A stretch of DNA of 64,000 nt, taken from positions 1 through 64,000 of the forward strand of contig NW_021835504.1 in the NCBI RefSeq assembly GCF_006345805.1, read 5' to 3'. A program made the position numbers and the translations under genes. Origin of the DNA: Octopus sinensis. Its lineage: Eukaryota. The notes beneath the pieces are model-generated. The model was given only the letters and a program-made list of their open reading frames with translations. It had not been told where the DNA came from and did not search any database. Shown piece after piece: positions 39,036 to 54,167 of this stretch (position 1 is the stretch's first letter; each line of letters opens with the position of its first letter).

Positions 39036-39263
39036 TATTTCTTTATTACCCACAAGGGGCTAAACACAGAGGAGACAAACAAGGACAGACATAGGTATTA
39101 AGTCGATTACATCGACCCCAGTGCGTAACTGGTACTTAATTTATCGACCCCGAAAGGATGAAAGGTAAAGTCGACCTCGGCGGAATTTGAACTCACAACG
39201 TAACGCAGATGAAATACCGCTAAGCATTTCGCCGGGCGTGCTGACGTTTCTGCCAGCTCGCCG
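39036..39263 (-). mobile_element. SINE family B, young
   Basis: 15-bp TSD gtatattgaaatacc at 39021-39035 and 39264-39278. Confidence 0.92.
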
Positions 39264-40036
39264 GTATATTGAAATACCGGTGTGTGCGTATATATACTTA
39301 TAATATATATACAAGCGTTGAACTGTAATAGCTAAGATATTTTATTTCAGATAAAAATGCTCAAAGAGATAGAAATATTACCTTTCTAAGAGATATTTAG
39401 AAATGTAATATTTCTATTTTGTAGATCAGTGAATGCATTTCATTTGAAATTCTGTAATCTTTCAACAGCAGATTAGCAGCGACATCTAGCAAGGCCAAGC
39501 TACTCCAGACTGCTGAAGGGCAATAACTTTGAAACTAGTCTCTAAATGTTGGCTTTGCTGGGTGGAGGTGCTTATCTCCTCTGTTTGAAAACTCAAGGAC
39601 ACAGAACGCTTCTGTCTCGTAGCAAACTAGAAACGGTGTTTCTTGGGGCTAAATAACAGTAACATTCTTCCCTTTCCTGGACTGCCAGATTAAGTTGGCA
39701 ACAAGCCATCGCTTTCTCAAAGAGAGTCTTTGGTTAAAATACACGGAGCTCTGCCCAGGAAATAAATGCATTGCCAAGCATTGTTTTGACTCGGTTTGGT
39801 ATCTTCAGTGACGTTCTGAACTAAAACGAAAGTGCTTGTTCCGATACAGAAATCCGTAAACAAAAGCTGCAGGCATTGGTGTGTGGTAAGAAGCTTGCTC
39901 TCCTACCACATGGTTCCGGGTTCAGTCCCACTGCGTGACATCTTGGGAAGGTGTTTTCTACTATTTCCTCGGGCTGTCTAAAACATTGTGCGTGGATTTG
40001 CTCAACGGAAATTGAAAGCAGGCCATCGTATTAATG

Positions 40037-40069
<33 letters not shown>

Positions 40070-40078
40070 GTGTGTGTT

Positions 40079-40117
<39 letters not shown>

Positions 40118-40684
40118 ACGTGGGGGGTGATGGCAAAATATAGACCTTTAATTTTAAGAATAGCAAATTATATTTATAACCTACATTTATATTTTTCTAA
40201 ATCTGCTAAAAGAACTTTAAAAATAGTTTACTAACGTACACGTGCACTCATACATGTATACATAATTACATACACGTATACACACACACACACACATTTA
40301 TATATATGTATATATATACACACACATGCATATACATATGTTTATATATATAGTATATGTAAATATATATATATAACGTGATGCATATATATATATATAT
40401 ATATGCATGCATATATACACATTGATATATATAAACCCATACATATATATATGTATATATATCTATGTATATATACAAATATATGTATATACGTATACAT
40501 TTATGAGTGTGTGTTTATAGTGTGGGGGTGATGTATTGGCTAATCGATTGAGAGGGACGTAAAAGCGTGTTTGTTAGTTTTAAATTATAATGTATCTAAG
40601 TACAAAATATAATATTACTCGGATTATTTAGCGATCAATCTTAGGAAGTCAATAATTTTATTTCGAATCAATATGTCTGATATA

Positions 40685-41089
40685 TACTCTTTTACTCTTT
40701 TACTCTTTTACTTGTTTCAGTCATTTCACTGCGGCCATGCTGGAGCACCACCTTTAATCGAGCAACTCGACCCCGGGACTTATTCTTTGTAAGCCCAGTA
40801 CTTATTCTATCGGGTCTTTTGCCGAACCGCTAAGTGACGGGGACATAAACACACCAGCATCGGTTGTCAAGCAACGCTAGGGGGACAAACACAGACACAC
40901 AAACACACACGCTCATATAATATATACATATATACGACGGGCTTCTTTCAGTTTCCGTCTACCAAATCCACTCACAAGGCTTTGGTCGGCCCGAGGCTAA
41001 AGTAGAAGACACTTGCCCAAGGTGCCACGCAGTGGGTCTGAACCCGGAACCATGTGGCTGGTAAGCAAGCTACTTACCACACAGCCACT
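40685..41089 (-). mobile_element. CORE-like SINE (family C), near-consensus full length
   Basis: agtggctgtgtggtaagtagcttgc head, ggcaccttgggcaagtgtctt CORE-like domain, (agagtaaa)n tail. Confidence 0.92.
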
Positions 41090-41359
41090 GCTGGCACAAA
41101 ACATATCTTCATTATGTTACTAAAAGTTGAATAAAGGAACATAATTATATTTTTAAAAAGCTATTGTTATAAAAGACGTTAGATACGTCTTTATCTGAAT
41201 ATAAAACACATGCTTTCTGCAGTTTAGAGATTCTATGTAATTATATATATGAATATCAAGGGGTATTTCCGTTATGCAAGGCGTTTAGCAAAGAGCTCCA
41301 TAAAAAAGAGGCAAAAACAAGTTTAATTGGGTAATTAAATGATATAATAATAATAATAA

Positions 41360-41706
41360 ATGCGCCCTTTTAAAACCTAGCCAGGCTCATGGGCCCGGTT
41401 TCCCGGTTTCAGTGGCATATGTGTTCCCCAGCTGGACGTGCAAGTGGCTGAGCACTCCACAGACACGTGTATCCCTTAACGTAGTTCTTGAGGTATTTCA
41501 GCGTGACACAGAGTGTGACAAGGCCGGCCTTTTGAAATACAGGTACAACAGAAACAGGAAGAAACAGCGAGAGAAAGTTGTGGTGAAAGAGTACAGCAGG
41601 GTTCACCCCCCCCCCCGCCGGAGCCTCGTAGAGCTTTAGGTGTTTTCGCTCAATAAACACTCACAACAGTCTGGGAATCGAAACAACTGGGCAATTGTGC
41701 CTCCAA
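41360..41706 (-). mobile_element. Chimeric SINE: family A body fused to the alternative tail
   Basis: Switch at cagctggacg|tgcaagtggctgagc (~41437). Confidence 0.75.
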
Positions 41707-41721
41707 CTATTACGGATAAAT

Positions 41722-42015
41722 TAGGCGTAGGAGTGGCTGTGTGGTAAGGAGGTTGCTTACCAACCGGTGCATTGTATCCTTGCTCAAGACAATTTATTTC
41801 ACGTTACTCCTGTCTACTCAGCTGGCGGAAATGAGTAGAACTTGCATTTCAAGGAGCCCGCCTTGTCACATTCTGTGTCTCACTGAATCTCTCTAAGAAC
41901 CAAATCAAGGGTATTTATGTCTGTGGAATACTCAGCCACTTCGACGTTAATTTCACAAGCAGGTTGTTCCATTGATTGGATCAACTGGAACCCTCCTCGT
42001 CGTAACTGACGGAGT
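41722..42015 (+). mobile_element. Chimeric SINE: family C head joined to a family D/A body and tail
   Basis: ggcgtaggagtggctgtgtggtaag head followed by cttgctcaagaca...ctcagctggc and the tail hairpin module. Confidence 0.65.
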
Positions 42016-42199
42016 CTCTCTTTTGTAGAAGCATAAGCAATTTATTTGAAAGACTATCGCGTGGCTTGATGGTTACGGTGTTGTACTCGCGAACGTGTGG
42101 TCGGTGTTTCGATTCCCGGACCAGGCGTTCTGTTGTGTTTTTGAGCAAAACACTTCATTTCAAGTTGTTCTAGTTCACTCAACACTAGATATGTAACAT

Positions 42200-42389
42200 T
42201 GTGACAGATTGGCGAACAAGGGTGAGATGTTGACCCTAGGTGAGATGTTGACCCAAGGTGAGATGTTGACCCTAATTGAACAAGGGGGAGATGATGTCTT
42301 GCGTGCCACGTTTTGTACTCAGCGATCGAAATGATGACTAGTGTAACCTGTATTGTGAATCCCGACTGACTGGGATTAGTTGTTCAACA
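42200..42389. mobile_element. Probable solo LTR (gypsy-like), 190 bp
   Basis: TG...CA ends (tgtgac / ttcaaca); 4-bp TSD acat at 42196-42199 and 42390-42393; internal 18-bp x3 tandem ggtgagatgttgaccc(t/a)a. Confidence 0.55.
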
Positions 42390-42538
42390 ACATCGAATGA
42401 TGAATAATGAATGAATGAATGAATGAATGAATGGATGAAGGAATGAATGAATGAAGGAATGAAAGACCAGCTGAGAATTAGAAACCACTTTCAGTTAACG
42501 GATCCAAACGAGGCTTGACATCGAGAATGATATTATGC

Positions 42539-42685
42539 ATTACATAAAAAGTAAAGTGATTTGTTACAGATGGCCACATGTTCAGCTCTGAATTGGCTTA
42601 TCAAACAAATGAATTATTCATTTGAAAAGCTCAGGCACAGCGAAACATATGGCCATCTGTAACGAATCACTTTATTTAATGTAAT
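42539..42685. mobile_element. Palindromic MITE-like fold-back
   Basis: ~42-bp arms attacat...aaagtgatttgttacagatggccacatgtt / aacatatggccatctgtaacgaatcacttt...atgtaat; central caaatgaa-tta-ttcatttg hairpin. Confidence 0.7.
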
Positions 42686-43006
42686 ATACATATATATTTA
42701 TGTGTGTGTGTGTGTGTGTATGCGTATATGTGTGTGTGGTGTGTGTGTATACACTTACAGATCACTCCTCTCATTTATATATGATCATATAACATGACGA
42801 GGATGAGAGAACTAAAGTAAAATGTCCAGGAAGGATATATGATGTGTGTTTGCGAAATGTATAAGCATGTTACTTGCGTGCGTATATATATGATTGTGTA
42901 TGTGATATGATGCGTGTGTTTATATATATGTGAATGTTTGTGCATGTTTATATTTATGTGTGTATGTCCACAGTATATTATTTATGCACACATCTTTGTG
43001 AATATT

Positions 43007-43053
<47 letters not shown>

Positions 43054-43509
43054 TGTCCAAATGCGTACGTGTTTGCTTGTATGTTTATGTCTCTGTGTGT
43101 GAGTGTATGTGTGTGCTTTTGTGTTTTTTTGATATGTGTACGTATGTAGCATGGGATGTGAGTGACACACACACATACATACACACACGTAAACACACAC
43201 ATAAGCACACACACACATACATACAGAGAGAGAAAGAGAGAATATGAAGAAGTGGTAAGTTCTTATGTATATATGTCAGTTTGTGCCTGTTTGGTTGTAT
43301 GTGTATGCGTATGTGTACGATGTGTATGCATGTGCATTTTACTTGTATGTGTACGAATGTGACATCGTGTGTATGTGTATGTGTGTGTGTGAGTGAAATG
43401 CTGTTGTTTCGTCGGCCATTTTGTTCTATTGCAGATAATCGCCATATTATATGACAGAAATATTCATTAGCCCCTGGGGAGATGAAACATAAAAAAGGTA
43501 TGTTTTATC

Positions 43510-45000
43510 TCAGCTATCACCACCACCACCACCACAACCATCACAACCACCACCACAACTATCACCACCACCACCACCACGATCTCCACCGCCACAACCA
43601 TCACCACCATCTGCGTCACAACCACCACCACCTTCACCACCACCACCATCACCACCACTACCACCACCACCACCACCACCATCACCACAATTTCCATCGC
43701 CACCACTAACATTACCCTCACCACCACCACCACCACAACCACTACTAATTCTGTATCACCACTACCACTATCATCATTCCAATCACCATTGCAACCATCG
43801 CTAGCACCACAAACACTACAACCGTAACCATCACTAACACCACAACCACCACCATCAACACATATCAACATTATAACTATTATCATCACTGCTACCACAA
43901 CCGACACAACCAAAACTACCACCTACACTAGCACCTTACCTCTACAACCATTACTGTTTTCAACACTACAACCACAACCATCAACATCATCACTATGAAC
44001 ATAATCACTACCAGCACCACTAAGACTACCGCCTAAACTACCACCAATGGTACCACTACTACTACAAACATCACTATTGCCATCAGCACTACCGCCAATA
44101 CTAATACAACTACCCACTGTACTACCATCGCCATCACAACAACAAACCATCGCTACCACCACCGTTACAACATCACCACTCCCTCCTTACACCATGTCAA
44201 CAACCACCACTACCATCACTAGCATTACCACGACCAGCACCACTAACTCCGTCCCAACAGTTATTAGTATCGTCACCATGACCATCACTAGTGAAACTGA
44301 CTTTACTGCTACAGCCATTAATACCGTCACCACTGACACCAATACCATTATTATAATCAAATGCATCTTACCACGGTATATTCGACCACGAACGCTAGCA
44401 GGAAAACCACCACCGACACAGCCCACATCGCCGCCACTACTACGACCTGAACCACCGGCAATACTTATACCAATACCCACGCCACCACAACAATTATACC
44501 ACCACCCCCGTCACCGTTACCATCGCAACTACAACCTCCGCCTTCATCACCATCACAGCCATCACTATCACCATCATCACCACCGTTATCACACCACCAC
44601 CAGCGTCACCTGCTTCACCGGCACCATCACCACCATCACCACCATCAGCACCAGCAATACCATCACTACTACCACCAACACGTCCGGAATCACTACCACC
44701 ACCATAACTCCCTCACTATCACCATCCGTCACCACGCTTACCAACACTGCTACCATCACCACTACCACCACCACAACCATCATCATTACCACCACGAAAA
44801 TCACCACCACCACCACCACCATTGCAATTACTACAACTATCACCGTAACTATCACATATACTATAGCATATACCACCATCACCACAGCCAATACAATTAC
44901 GACCACCTTTACCTATAGCCGTGGTACCCTCATACTACCACCACTACCACCACCAGCATTACCAGCATCACTGCCACCATCACCGCCATCAGACACACAC
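43510..45000. repeat. Degenerate (ACC/ACT/ATC)n low-complexity region
   Basis: Direct inspection. Confidence 0.85.
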
Positions 45001-46215
45001 ACAAACACCATACACAAACACACACACATACACACACACATACAACACACACCTACACACACACACACACATACACAAACACACACACACACACACACAT
45101 ACAAAAACACACACACACAACACACATACACACACACACATACACACACACACACACATACACACACACATACCACACACATACCACACACACCATCACA
45201 CACACCAACACACACATCCACCCGACAACCAACACACAGCACACACACAGCACACACACATACACAAAACATACACCACACACACATACACACACCACAC
45301 ACACATACACACACACACACACACTGAAATACAGAAACACACACATGCACACACTTCCGGTGGATTTTACTGCCTGGTATAGATTAAGAGAACAGGTAAA
45401 GATAAACTGATCCACACACAGAAGCCACCACCACACACACACACTGTACACACATACTTAATACACACACATACACATACACATACATACAAACACATAT
45501 ATAAACATACACGAACGTGCATACACATGCATACACAAGCGTATATCAACACACAGACACACACACACACATATATATACCCGTTCACAGACACACATAC
45601 AACTGCAAAACTATGCATACACACACACGCAGACACACACACACACACGAGCACACGACACAGATATACAAATACATACCTATACGCCCTAAAACATGCG
45701 TAAACTTAACACTGATGTATACACATGCATACATACATACATACATACATACATACATACATACATACATACATACAGCATGCATAGTTTACATATACAA
45801 CATGCATACATACATACAATACATACATACATACATGCATACATAAAATACTAAAAAAACATCCATACATACTACATACATACTACATACATACATACAC
45901 ACATACAAAAATACATACATACATACATACATACATAAATACATACATACATCATACATTACATACATAAAGCATACATACATACATACATACATACATG
46001 CATACATACATACATACATACATACATACATACATACATGAAAGATACATACAAGACATGCATATATACATACACGCATGCATACATGCATACATTCATA
46101 CATACATGCATATATAAATGTGTATAATATATATATACATATTTATACATACATATCATTCATATATATTAAATATTCATATTTATACTTTCATAGCTTA
46201 CATATGCACACATAT

Positions 46216-46263
<48 letters not shown>

Positions 46264-47300
46264 ACACCACACATACACACATACACACACAGAGAGACAT
46301 ACATTCAGATATATATATATAAATACAGACACACATGCATACATATTTAGTTCCACACACATTCACCTGTACTCAATGATGAACATATATATACACACAC
46401 AAATACAGACACAAATACACGCACACACACATACACACACGCATAACACACACACACACATAAACTATATATATATATATATATATATAAAGTATGTACA
46501 CATGTACATAACTACACACTCTTACACATAAGTTCATGTGTACACACACATGTTCAGTTACACACACACGCAGACACACACACAGTCGATACACACGTAC
46601 ACATACACAAGCAAGCGCATACCCATACACACATAAGCAGAGTGTGTATACAAACACATACGCACACACATACATGGACTGACGCATTATTATACACACG
46701 TTATCCTATGACCAGACCTGTATCCAATTGCATACACACACATAAACGCAAACATGCATGCACACACACATGCACACATACACACACATACTCAAGCACA
46801 CACACACGCACGCGCACACCACACACACACACACTCGTACCCACACGCTCACTTACGTGTAAAAACACACATTCGCAAGCACTTCTCCATCACAACACCA
46901 CCGCCACCCACCACTCCACCACCACCACCACCACTACCATCACCTCTACATTGTCACTACCATCGCCATCACCTCCGCCACAACCACTACAACCATCACC
47001 ACCAACACATATACGGAAACATACCCATGTATATATATATATTTATATATATATATATATATATTCTTTTGTTTCAGTCATTTCACTGTGGCCATGCTGG
47101 AGGAGCGCCTTTAGTCGAGTATACACTGCATAAACACAACCCCACACGTCCATACATTGACACACACATACACGTATACACACATACACACACACAGAGG
47201 CACACATTTGCACATAGACATCATAAACGTATATTCATAGAAGCAACATAACATACACACATGTACACGCACGCAGTTACACACGCACATGCACTAAGAC

Positions 47301-47331
<31 letters not shown>

Positions 47332-47559
47332 GTACGCACTGAAACATGTATCCCCACTCGCATGCATACTCATTCATACACACACACATACTAATTCACA
47401 CACACACACACACACACACACAAGCCCCGACACGCACACGATAGCATATACAAACAGCAAAGTACACATACGCACACACATAGAAGCACAATACACACTC
47501 ACATGCACACACTCACACATACACATGTACACGATTACATTCAAAATTACATAACATAC

Positions 47560-47560
<1 letters not shown>
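45000..47560. repeat. Degenerate (CA)n/(CATA)n region
   Basis: Direct inspection. Confidence 0.9.
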
Positions 47561-47608
<48 letters not shown>

Positions 47609-48560
47609 TGAAACACATAACCACACACATAACATAACACATATACATACATATACACACTAAAACACAGCCATACTCATATACATAAACGCCAACACAG
47701 ATACATCTACAAAACAATGAATAACAATGACCCTTCCTTTTTTGTGGAAGAGATAAATGTTTTGGGTTTTTTTGGTAAAAAGAGAAACGAAAAGAAACCA
47801 TAAACGGAACATCAACACAGCTACACACACACACATATACATACACAAATATGCATATAGATATATAGGAACGTCCACGCATCATCCACATTCGCTTACA
47901 CAATCCCATAATCCTCTCCCGGTGTCCCCGACATCCGCCATCACCCCGAACGGTTTTAGTATACATGAAAAGCAAGCAGTAGGACAACAGCCCTAAAAAA
48001 AGCACAACAAATAAACAAATAAAACATATATATGTGTATGTATGTATGTATGTATGTATGTATGTATGTATGTATTGTATGTATGTATGTATGTATGTAT
48101 GCATGTATGTATGTATACATAGATACATATACTTCTTTGTGTGTGAGTATATATATATATATATTTATATATGGATTATATATGGAAACACCTCATATAT
48201 ATATATACACATAGGTAGGCATATATATGTATTATATGTGTGTCGGTGTATATGGATATATATATGTGTGCATACGTGTAAATATATGGATAAGTATATA
48301 TACGTATCAATTATTGGACACTGGCATATATATAGATGTATATATATATATATATATACGTGTATGTGTTATGATATATATGTGTGTTATATATATATAT
48401 ATATATAATATATATATTATATATATAGATATTAGATATATATATATACAACACGCATACACGTGAACACACACATGTAAATATACATATATTGTGTGTA
48501 TATATGCATGTTACATACGTACACACACCGCATATGTATATATGCATACCTACATACCTA

Positions 48561-48591
<31 letters not shown>

Positions 48592-49260
48592 GTATATATA
48601 TTGTATTTTTATGTGTTCTATGTGTATTTTATGTACAAATACATATGCATGCCCTTGTATACAAATATATGACAGATAAATCCCCAAAATTGCAAGAACA
48701 ATATCAACAACAGAAAGAAAATAGATAAAAAAATAACAACATATATATTAAACGTAATATATAGATGGAAACAAATAAATAAATAAAATAAAGCATATCA
48801 TCTCCCCTTATAAGGAAAACCAAATTTAGGTGTGCAATGAGTCGGAAAAACAGTTACACATCAGCGTCGACACGCCATGTTCATATACAGGAGAGAGAAG
48901 CGTTTGGACTGACGCATGCGCACACACATACACACTGCACATCACCTCCATAAACAGAGACGACATTATCATCATAGCATGGAGCTTTACAAGCGAGCGT
49001 TATATAACAGTGAGAGCGCGTGTGTGCGTGCATGTGTAAGTGTGTGCGGCTGTGTGTGTGTGTGTGTGTGTGTGTGTAGGATGTGTTTTATATATATATA
49101 TGCGTGTGTGTGTGTCTGCGTAAATTCATTTATATATACGAATATATACAAACGTATGTGTATGTGTAGAGTATAAATTTATCTATATATATGTGTATAT
49201 ATATATATGTATTATATATATAATATATTATATATATATATATATATATATAGATATATG

Positions 49261-49325
<65 letters not shown>

Positions 49326-49603
49326 GCGTGTATATTTAAATATATATATATTTATATAAATGCGTGTCTGTATTTATATATTAAAACTGTATAGGAAATA
49401 CATACACACACACCACATACACACACACACACAACACACAACACACACACACACATATATATATTATATATATATATGAATAATAAAGGTATGCACATAT
49501 TCATACACACAGATACACGGTGTACTTGTATGCCTCTGTGTTCCTGTAAGCAAGCGTTTGTGTCTGTGTGGAATGTGTATTACACACACACACACACACC
49601 CTA

Positions 49604-49642
<39 letters not shown>

Positions 49643-49909
49643 CATGTATATTTATTTATTTATTTATTTATTTATTTATGTACGTATGTATAAGAAGAAG
49701 GCGTAAAATAAGAGTAAAATAGCTGGAATCCCCACCAAATAACAAGCAATAAACAGTGATAAAAAGCGTAAAGAGGGACGAAAAGAAAATTAATAAAATG
49801 GTGCTCGCGCGGAAATACGTTGGTGATAAGGAGCCGAGCATGAAAGGGTCAATTGCTGCTTGAGGTGTTGGCGATGATATGATAATCATAATAATAGTAA
49901 TAATAGTAA

Positions 49910-49976
<67 letters not shown>

Positions 49977-50095
49977 TAATAATAATAATAATAATAACTA
50001 CAATTATCATAAATAATCATAATCATAAGGATAATAACTATAACGATTTCTGGTTTTATATATATACATACATATGTATATATCAAACAACACAT

Positions 50096-50126
<31 letters not shown>

Positions 50127-50140
50127 GCATATACATATAT

Positions 50141-50172
<32 letters not shown>

Positions 50173-50989
50173 ATCTATATATATATATATATATATATAT
50201 GCATATACATATATACATGTATAGATATATATATATATATATATATATAATAGATATACATACATATATATGTGTATCTAAATAGACTTATACATATGTA
50301 TATATGTGTGTATGTGTATATATATAGTATATATATATACTGTATATATATATATATATGTAATTATATATACGTACATATATATATATATGCGTATGTG
50401 TATATATATATGTGTATATATATATACATATATTGTGTGTGTGTGTACATATATATCTATATATATATATATAATATATATATAGTATATATGTATATAT
50501 ATATATTATATAATGAATATACGTGTCTATGAATAATAGCAGTAATAGTTTCTTACATAATAATGATAATAACGAAATAATATTAATATAAATGCTAATA
50601 ACAACAACAACAATACGACGAAAGAATGTGACGGTGGTATGGGTGATGGTGATGGTGATGATGATGATGATGATGATGAGAAGGAGGAGGAAGAGGAGGG
50701 GGGAAGAGGTGGGGAGGAAGGAGGTGAAGATGAAGAAGACTAACACCTTCTCAATCCTTAATTCATTGCAAGGTAACAACATCAACAATAACAACGAGTG
50801 CAGGAACAAGAATAACAACAACAACAACAACAAAAACAACAGCAGCAGTAGCCGCGGTAGCAGCAACAGAAATAACAAAATTTATTAAAAAAAACTTGCT
50901 CAACAAAATATTACAATGTTAAGAAATATTTATAAACAATTAAATCAAGTGATGTACTTGTTGTTGTTGCTGCTGTTGGTGTTGATGTT

Positions 50990-51456
50990 GTTGGACAGCA
51001 ACGGCGGAGGCGTTGGTGATGATGGTGTTGTGGTTGTTGTTGGTGGTGGTAGTGATGGTGGTGGTGGTGGTGGTGGTGTTGGTGATGGTGGTGGTGGTGA
51101 TGGTGGTGGTAGTGGTGGTGATGGTGGTGGTGATGGTGGTGGAGGTGATGGTGGTGGTAGTGGTGGTGATGGTGGTGGTGGTGGTGGTGATGGTGGTGGT
51201 GGTGATGGTGGTGGAGGTGATGGTGGTGGTAGTGGTGTTGATGGTTGGTGGTTGTGTGTGGTGTGATGGTGGTGGTGGTGGTGGAGTGGTGGTGATGGTG
51301 GTGGAGGTGATGGTGGTGGTTGTGGTGGTGATGGTGGTGGTGAGTGGTGTGATGGTGGTGGTGGTGATGGTGGTGGAGGTGATGGTGGTGGTAGTGGTGG
51401 TGATGGTGGTGGTGGTGGTGGTGGTGGTGATGGTGGTGGTGGTGATGGTAGTGGTG

Positions 51457-51488
<32 letters not shown>

Positions 51489-52600
51489 GGAGGTGGTGGT
51501 GTTGGTGGTGCTTGTGTGGTGGTGCTTGTAGTGGTGGTGTTGGTGGTGGTGGTGGTGTTGGTGATGGTGGTGGTGCTTGTGGTGGTGGTGTTGGTGCTGG
51601 TGGTGCTGGTGGTAATGGCGGCGACGGTGCTGTTGTTGTTGTTGTTGTTGCTGTTGGTTAGCCACGAACTAATCTTTTTCCAGCAAGTCTATGATTAAAA
51701 GCATCCCACCCGTGACCACCTCGTCTTTGTCTTGCATCCACCCCACCCCCACACCCTACGTGCAAGAAAACCGGGTCTAAATTATTCAAAAAACCTTCAT
51801 TTCTGAAGTTGGCGAGGTTGTAATTCGAGTTAGATTTGGCTACTATGTTTAGCAGGTTGAGCTACCAAATTAAGGTTTCCTCCGATGGTTGCACTTGAAA
51901 AGGTCATAATATCGGTGGTGGAGATGGTGATGGTTGCGGTGGTGATCATCGTGGCGATGGTGATAGTAATGGTGATGATACTGGTGGAGGAGTTGATGGT
52001 AGTGATGGTGATGGTGGTGGTGGTGGTGCGAGGGAGGTGGTGGTGGTGAGGACGGTGGTGGGGATGGTGGTGAGGATTGCGATGACGATGGTGGCAGTGA
52101 TGTTGGTGGTGGTGGTGGTGGTGGTGATTATGATGACGATGGTGGTGGTGATGATGGTGATGGTAGTGATAACGGTGATGATGGTGATGTTGGTGGTGAT
52201 GATGGTGATGGTGGTGGTGATGATGGTGGTGATGGTGGTGGTGATGGTGGTGGTGATGGTGGTGGTGGTCATATTGGTGATGGTATTGGTGGTGGAGTTG
52301 ATGGTAGTGATGATGATGGTGATGGTGGTGGTTATGATGGTGGCGATGGTGGTGATGGTGGTAGTGGTAATGGTGGTCGTCGTCGTTGTCATGATATAAT
52401 GCATTTTGAGCCATTCATATTGTTGCTGTTGTTGTTGTTGTTATTGTTGTTGTTGTTGTTGTTGTTAGTAGTGGTGGTGGTGGTGGTGGTAGTGGTGCAT
52501 CAGTGTTGGCGGCAGTAATGTTGATGTGCTTGCTGGTGGTGCTGGTTGTAGTGGTGGTCGTGGTCGTGGTCGTGGTCGTGGCGGTGATGGTGGTGTAGTT
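50990..52600. repeat. (GGT/GAT)n low-complexity arrays
   Basis: Two blocks (~50990-51650 and ~51910-52600) separated by a unique island. Confidence 0.9.
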
Positions 52601-53359
52601 GTGGTGGTCCTGTAACTATATATATATATAGATAGGAATATGACAGAGCTGTTAGTGTCAAGGTATTGGGAGTGGGACGGGGTGGGGGCGGATAAGAGGG
52701 TGTGGAATGGGGTTAGTATGTGGTGACGGCAAGGAATGTTACAGGGCCCTCACGTGCACTCACACGACACACACACACACAAACACACACACACACCCTC
52801 TTCAGCCACCTATCTCATCACTCCACCCCCACCCGACGTCCACCTACCCCTCACCCCCACCCCCAACACAAAAAAAAACCCATCCAGTCTCTCTCAGAAA
52901 ACGATACATACATGATGGAAGACACTTTCAATTATGAACCGAAATTACGAATCGTAGATTTCAATTAAGATTCACAGAACATCACACGTGTGCCATTCGA
53001 ACACCCGAACACCCGCCCCACGCCCCACGCGCCGCATCGCGTCACACCACCCCACGCCAAGCTGCACATTACGCCACATCACACTTATCTAGGTCCTTCC
53101 CTTCCAGCAGCAACAACAAACAAAACAAATCAACATAAAAAAAAAAAAAAACCGAAAAAATTCACACCAAATTCCACCCCGACACGCCATGCGACGCCAC
53201 GCCCGACCCTACCCCGCAGTGTCCCTCCCGTGTAGACTGTACTCGTTATCATATTACATGCACCCACAATTCAATGAGGGTGTTTCTCCGCGTGGTTGTT
53301 TGATCTGCTGGAAATAGCAGCCAAATCTATCTTAAAGCTATCTTAAATCGCAGCCTACC

Positions 53360-53587
53360 TATTTCTTTATTACCCACAAGGGGCTAAAGACAGAGGGGAC
53401 AAACAAGGACAGACATAGGTATTAAGTCGATTACATCGACCCCAGTGCGTAACTGGTACTTAATTTATCGACCCCGAAAGGATGAAAGGCAAAGTCAACC
53501 TCGGCGGAATTTGAACTCACAACGTAACGACAGACGAAATACCGCTAAGCATTTCATCCGGCGTGCTAACGTTTCTGCCAGCTCGCC
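53360..53587 (-). mobile_element. SINE family B inserted in the satellite
   Basis: 9-bp TSD cagcctacc at 53351-53359 and 53588-53596. Confidence 0.92.
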
Positions 53588-54167
53588 CAGCCTACCGTCT
53601 TAAAGACTAATGACTTATTTACTAATGTGGATTTATATGGATTAAAGTATTAACACTGATTGGTGGGGAAAAGATGTATTAACGTGGATGCATTTATCTG
53701 GTCACTCGATCTGCTAGAAATAGCAGTCAAATCTACCTTAAATGACACCCTACCGTCTTAATAAGTAACGATATATCTGATAAAGTGGATTTATATGGAT
53801 TAAGAAATAATACTGATTGGTGGAAAGGGGAAAAGAAAGATGGATTTACAGCGAGGATGCATCGACGTGGTTGTTTGATATGCTAGAAATAGCAGCCAAA
53901 TCTACATTAAATCACACAAGCCACCGTCTTAAAGAATAAGACATAAATAATAATGTGGATTTATATGGATTAAGGCGTTAACACTGATTGGTGGAGGTGG
54001 GGAGGAAAAACGAAAGATGGTTTTATAACGAGGATGCATCGACGGGGGTCACTAGATTTGCTAGAAATAGTAACTAAATCTACCATCTTAAAGAGTGACA
54101 ATATATTTGATGATATGGATTTTTATGGATTAAGGCATTAACAGTGATTGATGGGGGGGGGGGGGAA

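Noticed and set aside
44047-45327. 426-aa Thr/His-rich ORF resembling a mucin
   Set aside because: It is a translation of degenerate (ACC/ACT)n running into (CA)n. Such repeats lack stops in several frames, and there is no signal peptide, domain or splice context.
48806-48815. Perfect CArG box ccttataagg
   Set aside because: A few such 10-mers are expected by chance in 64 kb of AT-rich DNA, and there is no supporting context.
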